Assembly: GCA_050230475.1 (NCBI GenBank)
Contig: JBFLGF010000014.1
Span: forward strand, 62,001-126,000
Direction of reading: 5' to 3'
DNA: 64,000 nucleotides
Source of the DNA: Ancylonema sp.
Taxonomy: Eukaryota
A program made the position numbers and the translations under genes. The stretch's first letter is position 1. Every line of letters begins with the position of its first letter. Shown piece by piece: positions 1 through 13,208 of the stretch. The notes under the pieces are model-generated. The model was not told the DNA's origin. It did no database searches and saw only the letters and a program-made list of their open reading frames with translations.

Positions 1-3000
1 ACGTTGCGTGGGGTTGCGGAAAATAAAAATCGGGGAAAATATCGATTGAATCGTGGGATCGATATCTCGCGCTACGGTTCACATTCTTCGTCATGGATTT
101 CTCTCATCCTCGAGTGACGGAAAATCCCACAACCCCACATTCAGCACTCATTTGTGAGGACCAGTGAACGCGTTGTAGAATGGGGAGGCAGCCATGGCCA
201 ACGAAAGTAGCCAAGATAGGTTTCCGGAAAGCTCCATATCAGAATATGAAAATTCTCGTAGGTCGAGTTCGCCATCGGGATTTCGTATGGGAGAAAAGGC
301 CACCAACGTATACAGGTCCGTATAAGCACTGGTCACTTCGAACATTGTCCAAATGGCGATGGAAAAACAAACGCAAGAGCGAAAAAGAGATCGCTTCAGG
401 CTGCTTGCATTCATTGTCAGGAAAGGAATTATTTATGTCAAATTTGGTATTGGCTATGTATTCCCCCAAAAAAAAAAAAAAATGTAGGCCCGAATCCGAA
501 ACCTATCGTGGTCATTGCCGAAATAACACGTACCAACTCCCTCACCAAGTTTAACATCACTTCACATATGGTCCCGAGTATTGCTTTCCTTTTGTCTTCA
601 CACTATGACGCGATGGAATGGTGTCACACTCCCATGAAATCAAAAGATAGTGGATGCCTATGTTGACTTACAATGTGCATACGATCGATATTTTTTTATC
701 GTAAAAGATAAAGAAATGGGAAAAATTGTTGCGAGCTGATAACACGAATTGAACCGCACCTAAGTTTTGTAATGTGATAATGGCACAATGTACATTCTTT
801 CGGTGGGTTCGGTGCAATGGATGAAGAGAATTTAATCAAAGATAATGAGGCTGGTAATCTTTGATTCGAGTTTTGTTTCGAATCGGTGTAAGGCGGATAA
901 AATATAAAGTGATGGCCCCTGGTGAGAGGAGCAAACGTTGGGTGATGATGCGAGCATAAAGAAGAGGAGGCTACCAACCGGGGTAAAGAGTTTTGCTAAT
1001 GTGGCATTCGAACAAGCGGCTGCTAATTGGGCGTTAAAACACTTGAAGTTAGCCGGCCATAGAAAATGAAAAATACTAACATGCGACACACGAGGTACGA
1101 TTCGGCCGGTTAGGGGTCATTAAGACGCATAAAAAACACATTTAGAACGGCTCACTCATGTTGCTATAATACATGCTCTTAAGTCCTCCACTTCAAAACC
1201 GAAGGCTTGGAAGGCTTGGAAGGCTCGGAAGACTGATAAAGGCTCGGATACCAAAGGTTGTGTTAGCCGTTTGGGCTAACGCATGGACGCATTAAACGCC
1301 AAGAACGTCACGTGTCCCGCGCGAACCAAAAATCTAGAGCCGTACAAGCCCCAAAGACCAATAGTGGAGCTAATTAGAATTCACAAATGTGACATGTCTC
1401 ATTCGAGTCGAAGGCTTGGAGCTATACATGCCTAGAATTGGAGAATAAGCACCTAATAATATAAACGGGTCGCCATAGGGGCAAATTAGAATTCAGAATA
1501 TTGACGCTAGTCAAAACAAGTGCCAATTGGGTGCCGTCTTAGCGTCTCCCAACTTGCATAGGCTCTTAGTGGATATACCAAACACTTCCTTCGATACACC
1601 GCGTACCAAAATTGTCACCGCTTGATATCCGAATTTGTATATATCGATTGTGGGGTGGTCTTGAGTGCCACGCAGGCACCGAGCATAGCTAGGTGTGTGG
1701 GGGGATAGATTGGGGATTTAATTTTAGTCACTACGATACCCTAAATATTTGTGGCCTTATTTTACCAGCCAACTCTTTTGTTCTCCTGTTTGGGTTGCTG
1801 GGTTGAAGGAGTGATTCAAAAGGGCAAAAGGTAGGGTGTGGCGTCCTTCATTTGACTCCCTTTTTCGACCATATTCTTGATCAATGTCGTTTTATTATGT
1901 TGTTTTTTTTTTTTTTTTTGGAGTAGTACTAAGGACGGACACATTATGGTTGCCCACATATTGTCAAGTTCAGTGCCTGCAAGCGCTATCACCGGCATCG
2001 AGTGAGTTAGTGCCCAAGACGTGCAAAGACGTGAGCATCTGCTCTTCGAATTATTTGCAACCCCGAAAAGGGACATTCCCGAATTATTACCAGTAGGATT
2101 TCAATTACGGTAGACATCTGTGGAAAATTGATTCGTGTGTTCTATGCACCCGGCATTCTTGAAAGCAATGCTAGGTATCAAGCACTCCTGACAATGCCAC
2201 AAACGTCTATCGTAGTTGAGGTCATGTTGGTACTACTTCGTAAATGTCATTTTTCGATGTTGCAAATTGTTCTAAAAATAGATGCCCGCGTATTTGCACC
2301 TGGGCAACTCAGTCGATGCTCGAGATGACCCTTGCAAGCAATAAACATGCCGAGATGTGGGCAGCTGTAAAGTGTCCGTCCCCGGTACTGCTCTAACAAT
2401 TAAAAAAAGAAAATAATATGACATTAATGTTTAATCTGGTCAAAGCACGCAGCCAAAATGAAAGACGCCGCAACGTACTTGCTACCGTTTTGAACCAATC
2501 CTTGAACCCAAAATCACAAACAACGGGGCAACCAATGGAGTTGATTGTTGAAATAAAGCCACATAAATTTAGGGTACCGTAGCGGCCAACTTGAATACCT
2601 TGACCCTTTTTCCCAAACAACTAGTTATGCTGTTGCGTGCGTGGCAGTCAACAACTAAACCATTTTTCAAAACATGTCAACAACCACAAAAACGGTGTCG
2701 TGACCACATAAAGGTTTCGGGAGTTTCGTGATGAAGTCCAACGAGACACTTTTCGAAGGCTTCTTCGGGCACTTTGTACTTCCTCTTGCCGCTCAACACG
2801 AACCACGTCACCCCCAAACACCACGGGGAAAGAGCGTACGGTTATTTTTTTCCCCTCCACCTCACACGTGTGATATACATGTGTCATTTGTGGCTTGAGA
2901 ATTTGTAGCATAATTTTAATAAAAAATCATAATACGATAGAAATTATCCAACCGTCATTAATTGAGATGGTACATTTTGCATTGACAAAATGGTTGGAAC

Positions 3001-5896
3001 TTTCGTTTTAAAGGTCACCATACGATAACATGCAATGGAAGGTGATGATGATCTTCATAGTTGCCGACCTAAGATTCGGAAGTGAGCAAAATAAATTGAT
3101 CATCACGTGATTGGTCATTTCAATAAGCTATGGAATTGCTTTTGTCAAAATTTTATACGCCTCACTTTGAGCCACATATTTCAGTGTGAAACGTATTTAA
3201 GCAAATCATCACGTAGGAAAACCGCACTGGCACCTCTAAATCGACTGTAGCATCTAAAGTAGTAGAGTGGGAATTTACCCATTTGTCTCATTATTGTCTC
3301 ATTACCCATTTGTTAGAATATGAAAGGGAGGATTGAGGAGTGTTTTATGGGTGAGGTGAAGATTAAAGGTTGTGGGCGAAGAAAACAAGTCCATAATATA
3401 AAGTGTTGGATACGGGTGTAATAATTTTGACAAATAATTTCATGATAGTTTTCACTTCATCGACCTAGAGCTCTTCGCCAACTGATTTCCTCACATATTG
3501 GAGAAAAACGCTACATACTCCGACCGTCAAATTTTCTAGACAAATAGAGGTTTGATAGTAAGCGTCGTTCACATTTTCATATACAATTTTTTTTTAAATC
3601 GATGGTAAGACTATAATTTGAGGGCCTCTTAATTTTGATGGCAGTTTCGGATGAATGTGAGGTCTAAAACCGTGTTTTCCGACAATACTCGTATTTTTAA
3701 ATCGCCCGAATAATTAGTACGCTTTTTTATACGGCGTACTAAAAGCATATTGTGCAACCCTGGTTTGCCGTACATGTAAAACGAAGTCTTGGTTATTATT
3801 AATTTACTCACAACCCAACCACAATAAATATCACACCTAGCAAATTGGGTCACTTTAGGAACGCCACAAGGCTCTCTTCATCCCGATACGGATTTCTCTT
3901 GGGCTCGGGCTCGGTTCGGGCAGGCTTGGATGAGTCTTCAATCTCTCTATGCCTGAACCGCATGCCAATTCACCATGTTCCTCGTGGTGGAAAAGAAAAA
4001 CAAAAAAACAAAAACATAAAAAAAATACCAGACAAAATTCTATCCGCATACCTAAACTCGTGTGAGCGAATTGATGTAATTTGTAAGATTACGGTAAAAT
4101 TACCGTGAAAAACGGTTGATAACGTGTTCCGTAGGGATGCGGTCCCCCGTTTGGAATGAAGAAGCATACGGTGTACACGCCGTATGCCGTATGCTTCCCC
4201 CGTGATGGGAGATGCAACCGGATTGGGGGGTACCCAGACCGCAACGGTTGGGATATGGGGGACCCGGCGGACAACGGGGTACACGGGGGACCAAACGGGG
4301 GAACTACTGGGGACATGGGGGACGGAGGCAGTCTTGTACCCTTCTCTTTCTTGAGTAAAATCCCCCGACGTCCACCAAGGGCCCTCGTAATGTGAATGCT
4401 TTGTTGAGCATGTCATATTGATGCGATTGCATATTGCAATGAAAATTTTGGTTGGAATGCCTTAGCCCGATAAAGCGCTAGCTCATAGGGAGTTAAGGCA
4501 CCCAACGACAAAACTTGCCTTGGATGGAGGTAGAACCAAAGAGTTTGATTTATTTCTTTGCATGGTATGATCGCCTGGTATGCATGTCATGACGCTAGAG
4601 AAGGCGAAATCCCTCTAGACTGATCAGAAACCCCTCTATATTAATACTCCGCTATGACGAGAGTATTCGATACAACGATAATTCCGGCGATTAAATTCAG
4701 CCGTAGAATTAGAGTAATATCTCGCGCCGTTTCAGTGTAGCGCCGAGATTAATTGTGATGTTCTAGAAGCCAGCCTGTCATTATCTTCGATAGCTTAACT
4801 CTAGTTAACTATGCCGGTTAGCACCGCGTAACAATTTATGAGATAAAAGTCAATTGTACTTTCAGATCTGTCAGCTTCCGCTGTCACATTGCGATGTTAA
4901 GAAATCTCTTCCAACTATCTTTTGTGTGTTATCTGAAACCTTGCAATTTTGTGAATATTGCATTCCTTCGCTTACGCGACTTCGCAACGTGCTCGTTTTT
5001 CGTCTCAGCCTGACATCCGTCAGCCAGACGGTAAGTTTGCAAATCATTCTTTGCAATCTATGTGTGTGTGTATAATTTAATTCATCTGAATTTGTTGCTC
5101 ACGCTCCTTCTGAGCCAGCCTTACTATCGACTGTAATTTCTTACATCGATTCGCTAACGCTCTCTCTGAGCGAGCAAGCGTGCGTGTGTGTGTGTGAAAC
5201 ATCTGTCGATTTGCCTGCGTTCGCTCCGAACCGGCAATTTCATTTGTGTGTGAGTTTGTGTTGTCGCTCGCTCTGAGCCAGCATCTGTGGTTTACACTTG
5301 TCTGCTGACGCTCTTTATGAGCCAGCATCTTTTATCGACGCGCCGTCGATACTTTGCTTTCGCACCGAAAGTAACTCTTACGACTGCTAACCATGATAGT
5401 CTGCACCAGACTATCTTGTTTGCTTTACAGTATTTTCTCAAACATTTGTACTGTAAACCATATGTTAGCTTGCCCTTAGCGTTAAGTAGTGAATTTCACC
5501 AGACCGCTCAGACGTGTGATAGATATAATATTGATATCTCAGCAGAGACTCAATTTGCAATATTACTTCAATCCGACTGCGGAAGACCTTGATTTCGATA
5601 AGTAAAAGTTTGTAACAAACATTGTGACCATAAAAAATAAATATTGTACATCTTTGTCCTTCCTTACTATTACTTCATTGACGATATACACTTTTCATAT
5701 CAGAATTCAATGATAGACGTTTATAATCATGGACATTGGGTCGAAAGAGCATCGAAAATTGAATACATGTTGAATAAATTAACATCAAAGAAAGAGCTGC
5801 TTTCCATAACGACAGATCTGGGACAATATTTTCGATTTTACAAACTGGGACTCATTCAGAGTCAGATTGAGGAACAAACCCAAATGGTACACTTAT

Positions 5897-6347
5897 TGTT
5901 AGAATATTTTGGATAGCCATATGTTATGCGTGCTAGTCCAGTTGTTACCGGTTACTCTAACCGGGAGCAATATTCTAGTTGTGCCTGTATGCGGGGCCGG
6001 GCAAGTTTGTGCCCGGGCACGTGACATGTTTCCGACGCTTAGAGTCGTTATTTGGTCGAAGCGTCGTGACTGGTTAGTTGAGTCGTGTCAGAAATGTCCG
6101 GCATGTGCCGTTGACATGTAGAAGAGCTGTCAGTCAATGATAGGCCGACGGTCAATTGTGCCGACCGTCGGCACGCAACAATCTGTAAAGCGCATCGGGT
6201 ATTACCATCCGATGCAATCACAATTAAATAATTCGTTCCACACACGCAACTCCTGTCTCGTTGATCATCATCCTTTTGCGTACGGTTCGTGTTCGTTTTG
6301 TCGCCCACCTAATTATTCCGGCACGTCTAATCACTCAAAAGCTTCTA
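5897..6347 (+). repeat. 5' LTR of Copia element 1
   Basis: Starts TGTTAGAATAT and is a close direct repeat of 12035-12483. Confidence 0.95.
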
Positions 6348-6361
6348 GGATATGGGCCCAC
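6348..6361 (+). other. Primer binding site complementary to the internal (anticodon-arm) region of tRNA-iMet
   Basis: GGATATGGGCCCAC immediately follows the LTR and matches GGTTATGGGCCCAC at 13 of 14 positions. Confidence 0.8.
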
Positions 6362-6604
6362 GTGCGGTCTAGTTCAGACGCCGTGTTGGTTAAAAACTAA
6401 AGGCTCCACGCGATTTCGCTGCGGTAATCTCTGTGAACGGTATAAACGGTATATACTGCCAGTGAGCGCAAATATATTCGTAGTTGTTAAGGTCTGCACG
6501 TAATTTTGACATTGTTCGAGCTGAGTGCTGTAGTGCAGGAATTGCACTGAGAACTCGAGCTGAGCGAGAAATTTTGTGAAAAATCCTACACAATAGCTGC
6601 CACA

Positions 6605-9600
6605 ATGACGGATAGGTCGCAAATCCCTCAGTTTACTGGAGCTGATTATACAGGATGGGCCCTTCAAGGTCAAGTATGGGCTGGCGGAAAACTGCATCGT
6701 TTGGTGATGGATTGGGACAACTTGCTTGCCGCGAAAAGTGTCGCCCAGACGTTTCTTCCATGACACCTGACAACGAGCTGCAATTTGCCGCCAGGGGGAT
6801 CGACGTGGATGTCGAAGTGTTGGTGACAGCACAGCAGATTTCCCAGCAGCTGCTGGAGCTGGAGAAATGGGACGAAGATAATCTGGCTGCTATGTCGTAC
6901 ATTGTGAAGCACCTGGGACCTTCGGAGCTGACGCACGTCACGGACTGCACGACAGCTGCCGGAATGTTGGGATGCCCCTGCGGACAGTCTACCCAAGTGC
7001 AGGGTGCGATCGAGATCGCAAATACGGAAGCACTGCTGAGCGCGATCATTCAGACGGAGGCAGAGGACCTCAACGTGTACGTGAAGCGTCTGCAGCAGCT
7101 GCATCAGGACCTTAAGAATCTGGGGGCGCCAGTATCTCCGACGAAGCAAGCGATCAATCTGCTGAACTCGTTAAACACGCATTACACTCCAATGGTCTCA
7201 ACGCTGATGCCATGGTCCGAGTCGTCGCCACACCTCTTCACGATTCCACACATCGTGAGTGCGCTGCTCCGCGACGACGTGCGGACAGAGCTGAACGATC
7301 GAAAAAGGGGGGCGCTGCCCGGAGGACACCAAGCGCATTATGGTGGACCTGGGGGGGGAAACGGAGCTGGAGGCAGCAGCAGATCTGGTGGTGCGACTGG
7401 AGCTGGTCGCAGAGACGCTTGCAGGCGTCGAATGCTTCGGCGTGCCACAAATTCGGGCACATCAGAGCGAACTTCACCAGCTCCTGGCGGAGGCCATGCG
7501 GGAGCTTGGAAATGTCACAGGTGCCACCAGGCAGCCCACCGAGCTGCTCAGTGCCCTGCGACATCGCCAGCAGCTGGAAATGTTGCGCACGCTACTCAGG
7601 GAAGTTCAGGGGGGAGGCAGAAGTGCAGATATTGTTGCAACATTGTAGGGCAGGCGCACACAATTGAACATTGTAGAAAAAAGAACATCTGACATGGCTC
7701 TAATGAACCCAGAAGCTGCTAGGAGGGCTGATGCACAAGCTAGACTTGCTCCGCTTTGCTGACAAACCCTTCAACGCTAAATGTGGATTATTTAGCTTTC
7801 GGTGCTTTTCTCGTTGCTGGTTCTCACTCCCACTCCCTGATCCTGGATTCAGGTGCTACCGACCACATTGTCACGGCACGTGAACATTTTGTGGAGTACA
7901 CACCTACCCTGAGCACGTAGAAGGCCTACATCCCCACTGCTGACGGCTCGTCACACAAGGTGGAGGGCACTGGCTTCGTGCACATCCGAGTGAGGAATGG
8001 CGACGCTTTTTTTGTGCAGCCACTCAGCTCGATCCACGTCCCAACCTTTGCCTGCACACGTCCCAACCTTTGCGTGCACCCTCGTGTCGACCTCGTGCCT
8101 CGTCAGAAGAGGTGGGCTGAGCTTTCTACAGCTGCCCACGGGTCCTGAATTAAACAAGGGAAATGTGAAATGGGCTGATGTGTGCTGCAGCTGCCTAGTG
8201 GTCTGACTCTGCTTGCTGCCACAATCGTCATGCCTGGATCTCATGATACAACAGCGAATTTGTCCACAGGCATGGTCTGGCATCACAAACTGGGTCACCC
8301 CTGTTCTGATGTGATGTCAGATTTCGCCAGACGTGGTGACATCCCAGAGTTAAGTCAGGGAGAATTAACTGAAGTAAAGGGATGTCAGGTTTGTTGTCAG
8401 GGGAAGATGATTCAGCTCAGTCATGCTAAGGTCGTCCGGATCTGGGGACATGCCCCAAGATGGGTCGCATCTGGATCTCATTGGACCACTGTCTGTCAGT
8501 CTGCTAACGGAGGATTTACATATGCTCAGACAGGGATTGAGGTATCCACACGTCTGTCGTTTGTCAGCTTGTTAAAAACAAAGGATGAAGCACTGAACCG
8601 AGAAAAAGTCACTATACAATTGCTCGAGGTCCAGTCAGGTTTGCCCCTACAGTCTATACGGACAGACAAGGGAGGGGAGTATGTGTCTCAGGACTGGATA
8701 AAAACTACTGTGGGGGGAAGGGTATTGACAAGCAAACCACAGAAGCGCATATAGTCCTGACCAAAACGGAATCTGTGAAAGACTGAATAGAACATTGACA
8801 GAAAAAATGCGATGCATATTAATCTGGACAGGTCTACCGAAGTCGTATTGGGATGTGGCAGGCATTATTACATGCAAACTGGTTAAGGAACAGAACACCC
8901 ACAAAGTCGCTTTCTGCTGGGAGAATTCCAATTGAGGTCTGGGAGGGAAAGAACATGACAGTTAATTATAAAAGTCATAATTTCGGGTGTCTGGTCCAAT
9001 ATCTGAAGTGGGGGGGAAAAGAACAGTCAAGGGGACAAGTTTGCCCCTCGCACTTGCTTTGGTGTGTTTCTGGGGATCGCTGCGGGGAGTGCAGGCTACA
9101 ATGTGTTCGACCCCCATAGAGCTGGGGGTGATATCACGCATGGACGTACGGTTCTTTGAGGAGGTGCCGGGGTACCCGAAGCTGATGGGGGGGAGAGCTC
9201 CCCAGGTTCAGGAGGCAGCAGAAAAACACTTTTTCGACCTTTTCCCCGACCCTGAAGATGAACCAGCTGCAGCAGTTGTGCCAGCAGCAGCAGTCCACCC
9301 CAACATGCCAGCAGCAGCAGTTCTGCAACCGATGCCAGCAGTTCTGCAGCCAATCCCAGCACCAGCAGAACCAGCAGTCCCTAAGCCAGCAGCTGCCATC
9401 GACTATCCGCACGACAACTTCCAGCCACAAGCTGCTGAGGTCCCTAACGCCACGATTGTGCTGTCTGACAGCCAGTCAGGGATCAACAACGCAGGAGGTG
9501 GAGATGCAGGGGAGGAGGAGGTGCAAGGAGGGGGTGCGAACCCAGGAGTGGGGGAGCCAGGCAGCGTAGCTGATCGGGTGATGGCCAGAAGGCGAGCCAA

Positions 9601-11330
9601 CTTTGCCGAGTATGGGGATCTCATGTGATGTGATGGGGAGGAGTTCGATGACGCAGCTCATGCCAATTACTCAGCGACTGAGTGGGAGCCCAGCAGTTTC
9701 TACACTGGCTTCAACGGTTCTGTGGATCCTGGCTACGCATGCGTAGCATCAAACAGCAACTCCTCCGAGCCACTCACCCTCAACCATGCGATGATGAGGG
9801 GCCAGATGGGACCAGTACCACCACCACCGGAGTGGGATAGGGCCATTGTGGAAGAGCTCGCTGCCCTGGAGACGTTCAACACCTTTGAGGTGTGTGTGCT
9901 TCCTCCAGGTAAAAAGGTTGTGGGGTGCAGATATGTATTTAAGGTCAAAACAACACCACAGGGGGATATTGAAAGATATAAAGTCAGACTGGTCGCACAG
10001 GGATTCTTACAGCAAGAAGCAGAGGGTTTTGACTCTATAACGAAGTATTTTTGCACCAGTAATCGACAGTACATCTATCACCCTACTCCTATAGCCAACC
10101 AATATGACTGGGAACTGGAACAGATGAACGTAATCACAGCGTTCCTGCATGGACGTCTGGAAGAAGAAGATTACATGAAAATACCACCACGTATGTATCT
10201 CAATGGGGGTGCTGAGGGAAAGGTCTTACGTCTGAAGGGGGCTTTATACGGTCTAAAACAGAGTAGCCACGTGTGGCAAGAGATGTTCAGAAAGTTTAAT
10301 GATATCTGAAGGGTTTACACAGTGCGTAATGGACACATGTATATATATGAGGGGGGAAGCAGAGAGCAGAATCATCTTGGGCATACATGTAGATGATCAG
10401 GTGATCACAGGTCCTAACGCAATGGTCGTCAAAACTTTTAAAGAAGATATGGGTAAAAAGTTCAAAGTCAAGGATCTGGGTCCCCTAACCCATATCCTGG
10501 GGGTGGAAGTGAAGAGGGATAGACAGAGAACTGCTCACACTGGGACTCAGGATTCTTAAGGGGACTCGAACGCTATCGGATGCATGAGTGTAATCCAACC
10601 AAACTCCCCCTCGCCCCTGGAACTCAATTTACACAAAATGATGAACCAACTCTTTCCCCTACCCCTGAAGAAATAACAGACTTTCGAGGGAAAGTGGGAT
10701 CTCTCATATATGCCATGAAACAAACCAGAATCGGGTATGGGGTACTGGCTAAACACATGGGAAATCCTGGGGTCGCACAGGCGTTACATCAACTATTCAG
10801 ATACCTTAAAGGGACTGTGAACCACGGACTGACGTTTGTGGGTAAAGACAGCTTTGAAGTAAAGGGTTACTGCGATGCATCATGGAACAGTTGCAGAGCA
10901 TGACAGGCAAGTCAGTCACAGGATATGGGTAACCACGGTTGGGGGGACAGCACTCTCTGTGAGAGTTGGAAGTCGCAGAAGCAGTCCACACTGTTGCACA
11001 GAGCACTGCTGAGGCTGAATATATCGCTGCCTGTAGTGTATCTAAAGAGTGCTGTTATCTAAAGTCTCCTTGAAAGAACTCAATTCCCAAAACAAATCAC
11101 AATCCACACTGACTCACTGCTCTCATGATCCAGAACCCTGTGACGACAGAAAGCAAAACACTTTAATGTGGTATATCACTGGGTACGGGAATGCCACAGC
11201 ACGGGGAGACTCTAAAATATGTGTATCTTGTAGGCGCAAATCAACACCAGCAGATATGATAACCAAAGCTCTACCTCAAGTTTTACTGGACAGACACAGC
11301 AAAAGTCTAGGTTTTGGACGGTTATACTGA
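6605..11330 (+). pseudogene. Copia gag-pol, disrupted by stops and frameshifts
   Basis: Zn knuckle CHRCHQAAHRAAQC; protease LILDSGATDH (~7840); WHHKLGHP; integrase IRTDKGGEY and QNGICERLNRTL; RT RYKVRLVAQGF, LYGLKQS, HVDD; RNase H GYCDASW, STAEAEY, ADMITKAL. Confidence 0.95.
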
Positions 11331-12034
11331 ACTGGGGGTGTCAGTCTTTTCTTTTATTATTTTTATGATCGAAGGTTTCGAATGCCATGCATGTTGGCAG
11401 GGTGTTGTTGTTATGTCTTTTCAGGCAGAAGTTATGGGGAGCACCAACTTCAGCTGATCCAGCTAAGTCACACTCTTACCTTAATACCTTGAAAAGACAC
11501 TTGAAAACGCTTACTTTAAAATCAGAAAGTGTGAATCTGCTCAACTTTAAACTTGTCAGTAGTTTGTTCTGAATTTTCGTATGTATGTCCTAATCATGTG
11601 TCAAAAGTTGGTGCCGATAGGACTTGTAATTTTGGACTGGTAATTTTGAAGTTATGCTGTTTTGAGATTTTTCTGACTGGAAAGTGTAAAGTTTCAGAAT
11701 CGTGAAGTTAAAAAGTTAAAAAATCAAAAATATTTTGATAAGTTTTTTTGTTTTTCGCCTAACTTGTGGTATTTGTTTGTATGTTCAGGGCTTCGGCCTG
11801 AAAAACGACTAAGGATCTGGAGCGACTAAGGATGTCTTCTGGAGTTTGGAGTTCCGATCGGCTTCCGAACGGCTGCATTTTTCGATAGAATCCCCTAGCA
11901 CGCTTTTATGCTAGGGAAGACCAAAACTGTTGTTTATATGGTATGCAATGGTTCTGCCATGATTTGGCAATGACTTGGGTACTCCTTTTGTTGTCTGAAT
12001 CTATGCCAACTTTAGCATGGCATCCGAGGGGGTG

Positions 12035-12483
12035 TGTTAGAATATCGAGGGGGTGTGTTAGAATATTTGCTAGTCCAGTTGTAACCGGTTACTCTAACCG
12101 GGAGCAATATTCTAGATGTGCCTGTATGCGTGGCCGGGCAAGTTTGTGCACGGGCACCTGACATGTTTCCGACGCTTAGAGACGTTATTTGTTTGAAGCG
12201 TTGTGACTGGATTGTTTAGTCGTGTCAGAAATGTCCGGCATGTGCCGTTGACATGTAGAAGAGCTGTCAGTCAATGATAGGCCGACGGTCAATTGTGCCG
12301 ACCGTCGGCACACAACAATCTGTAAAGCGCATCGGGTATTACCATCCACGATGCAATCACAATAATAATTCGTTCCACACACACGCAACTCCTGTCTCGT
12401 TGATCATCAATCAGTGTCCTTGGGTTCGTTTTGTCGCCCACCTAATTATTCCGGCACGTCTAATCTCTACTCAAAAGCTTATA
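12035..12483 (+). repeat. 3' LTR of Copia element 1
   Basis: Direct repeat of 5897-6347, preceded by a polypurine tract. Confidence 0.95.
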
Positions 12484-12530
12484 CCTATTGCCACCTCACA
12501 TGCGAGAACAAACAATGGCGCACGTCCAGA

Positions 12531-12991
12531 TGTTACAAACATACAGGAAGCAGGTGTTAACTGCCCCTCTATAGCCACTATAGTGTCTCTAGAGTGTGCC
12601 TCCTACACCATGCTACTAGCCCTAGAGTGCTAGTAGCGACTGTGTCCTTATATCGAGTTCTGCCCCTTTATAGTGAGATATCTGTTCCTAGCGACTTTGT
12701 CCCTATAACTTGATGCCCTTAGCTTTCCTGTTTACTCTTATATCGAGTTCTAGTTATCCCACTTGTAGTCTTGATTCAGACTTGAGCCGGTTTCCTATAT
12801 ACAGTCCATCGGAATGCCTTTAGAGCATTCCTATCAACTCATGTACTTGCACTCATTCTTGAGTTATTATTACACCACAACCATTTAATCCGGCTCACGC
12901 CATCTTGTCCTATCCGGCATTTCGCCATCCTTTTGCTTGTGTGCACATTGCAACTAGCTTGCTAGGGACGTCTTTGCATCCGCCCCTAACA
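12531..12991. mobile_element. Solo LTR inserted into the Gypsy gag frame
   Basis: Termini TGTTA...TAACA. Flanks CCAGA/GCAGG fit a decayed CCAGG TSD. Removing the segment restores the in-frame H-V-Q-E-W. Confidence 0.75.
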
Positions 12992-13208
12992 GCAGGAGTG
13001 GCACGAGCTCATCCCTCGCCATCTCACCATTCAATTGCTTCAAGTAGAGGAGGTATGGAAAGCTACATTGGCTTTCACACGATACGCGCAGCCTAAGACT
13101 AAAGAAGTTGATCCACCAGCTTACACGGTTATGGCACTTCAATCGGACATTTTTGCAGAATTTGTTTACATCTCTGATGAACAACTTGAACGGGTGCTAT
13201 AAAAACTC

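Larger units (their letters stand above)
5897..12483 (+). mobile_element. Full-length degenerate Ty1/Copia LTR retrotransposon
   Basis: LTRs at 5897-6347 and 12035-12483; TSD CTTAT/CCTAT; PBS at 6348; PPT GAGGGGGTG before the 3' LTR; domain order gag-PR-INT-RT-RH. Confidence 0.95.

Noticed and set aside
148..414. 88-aa minus-strand ORF with a signal-peptide-like start
   Set aside because: No recognisable family, no supported splice continuation, and it lies at the window edge.
780..2330. Stop-ridden fragments (IMVAHIL, RRLPTGVK) faintly resembling HNH/Crinkler-type proteins
   Set aside because: The motifs are too short and in the wrong order to support a call without a profile search.
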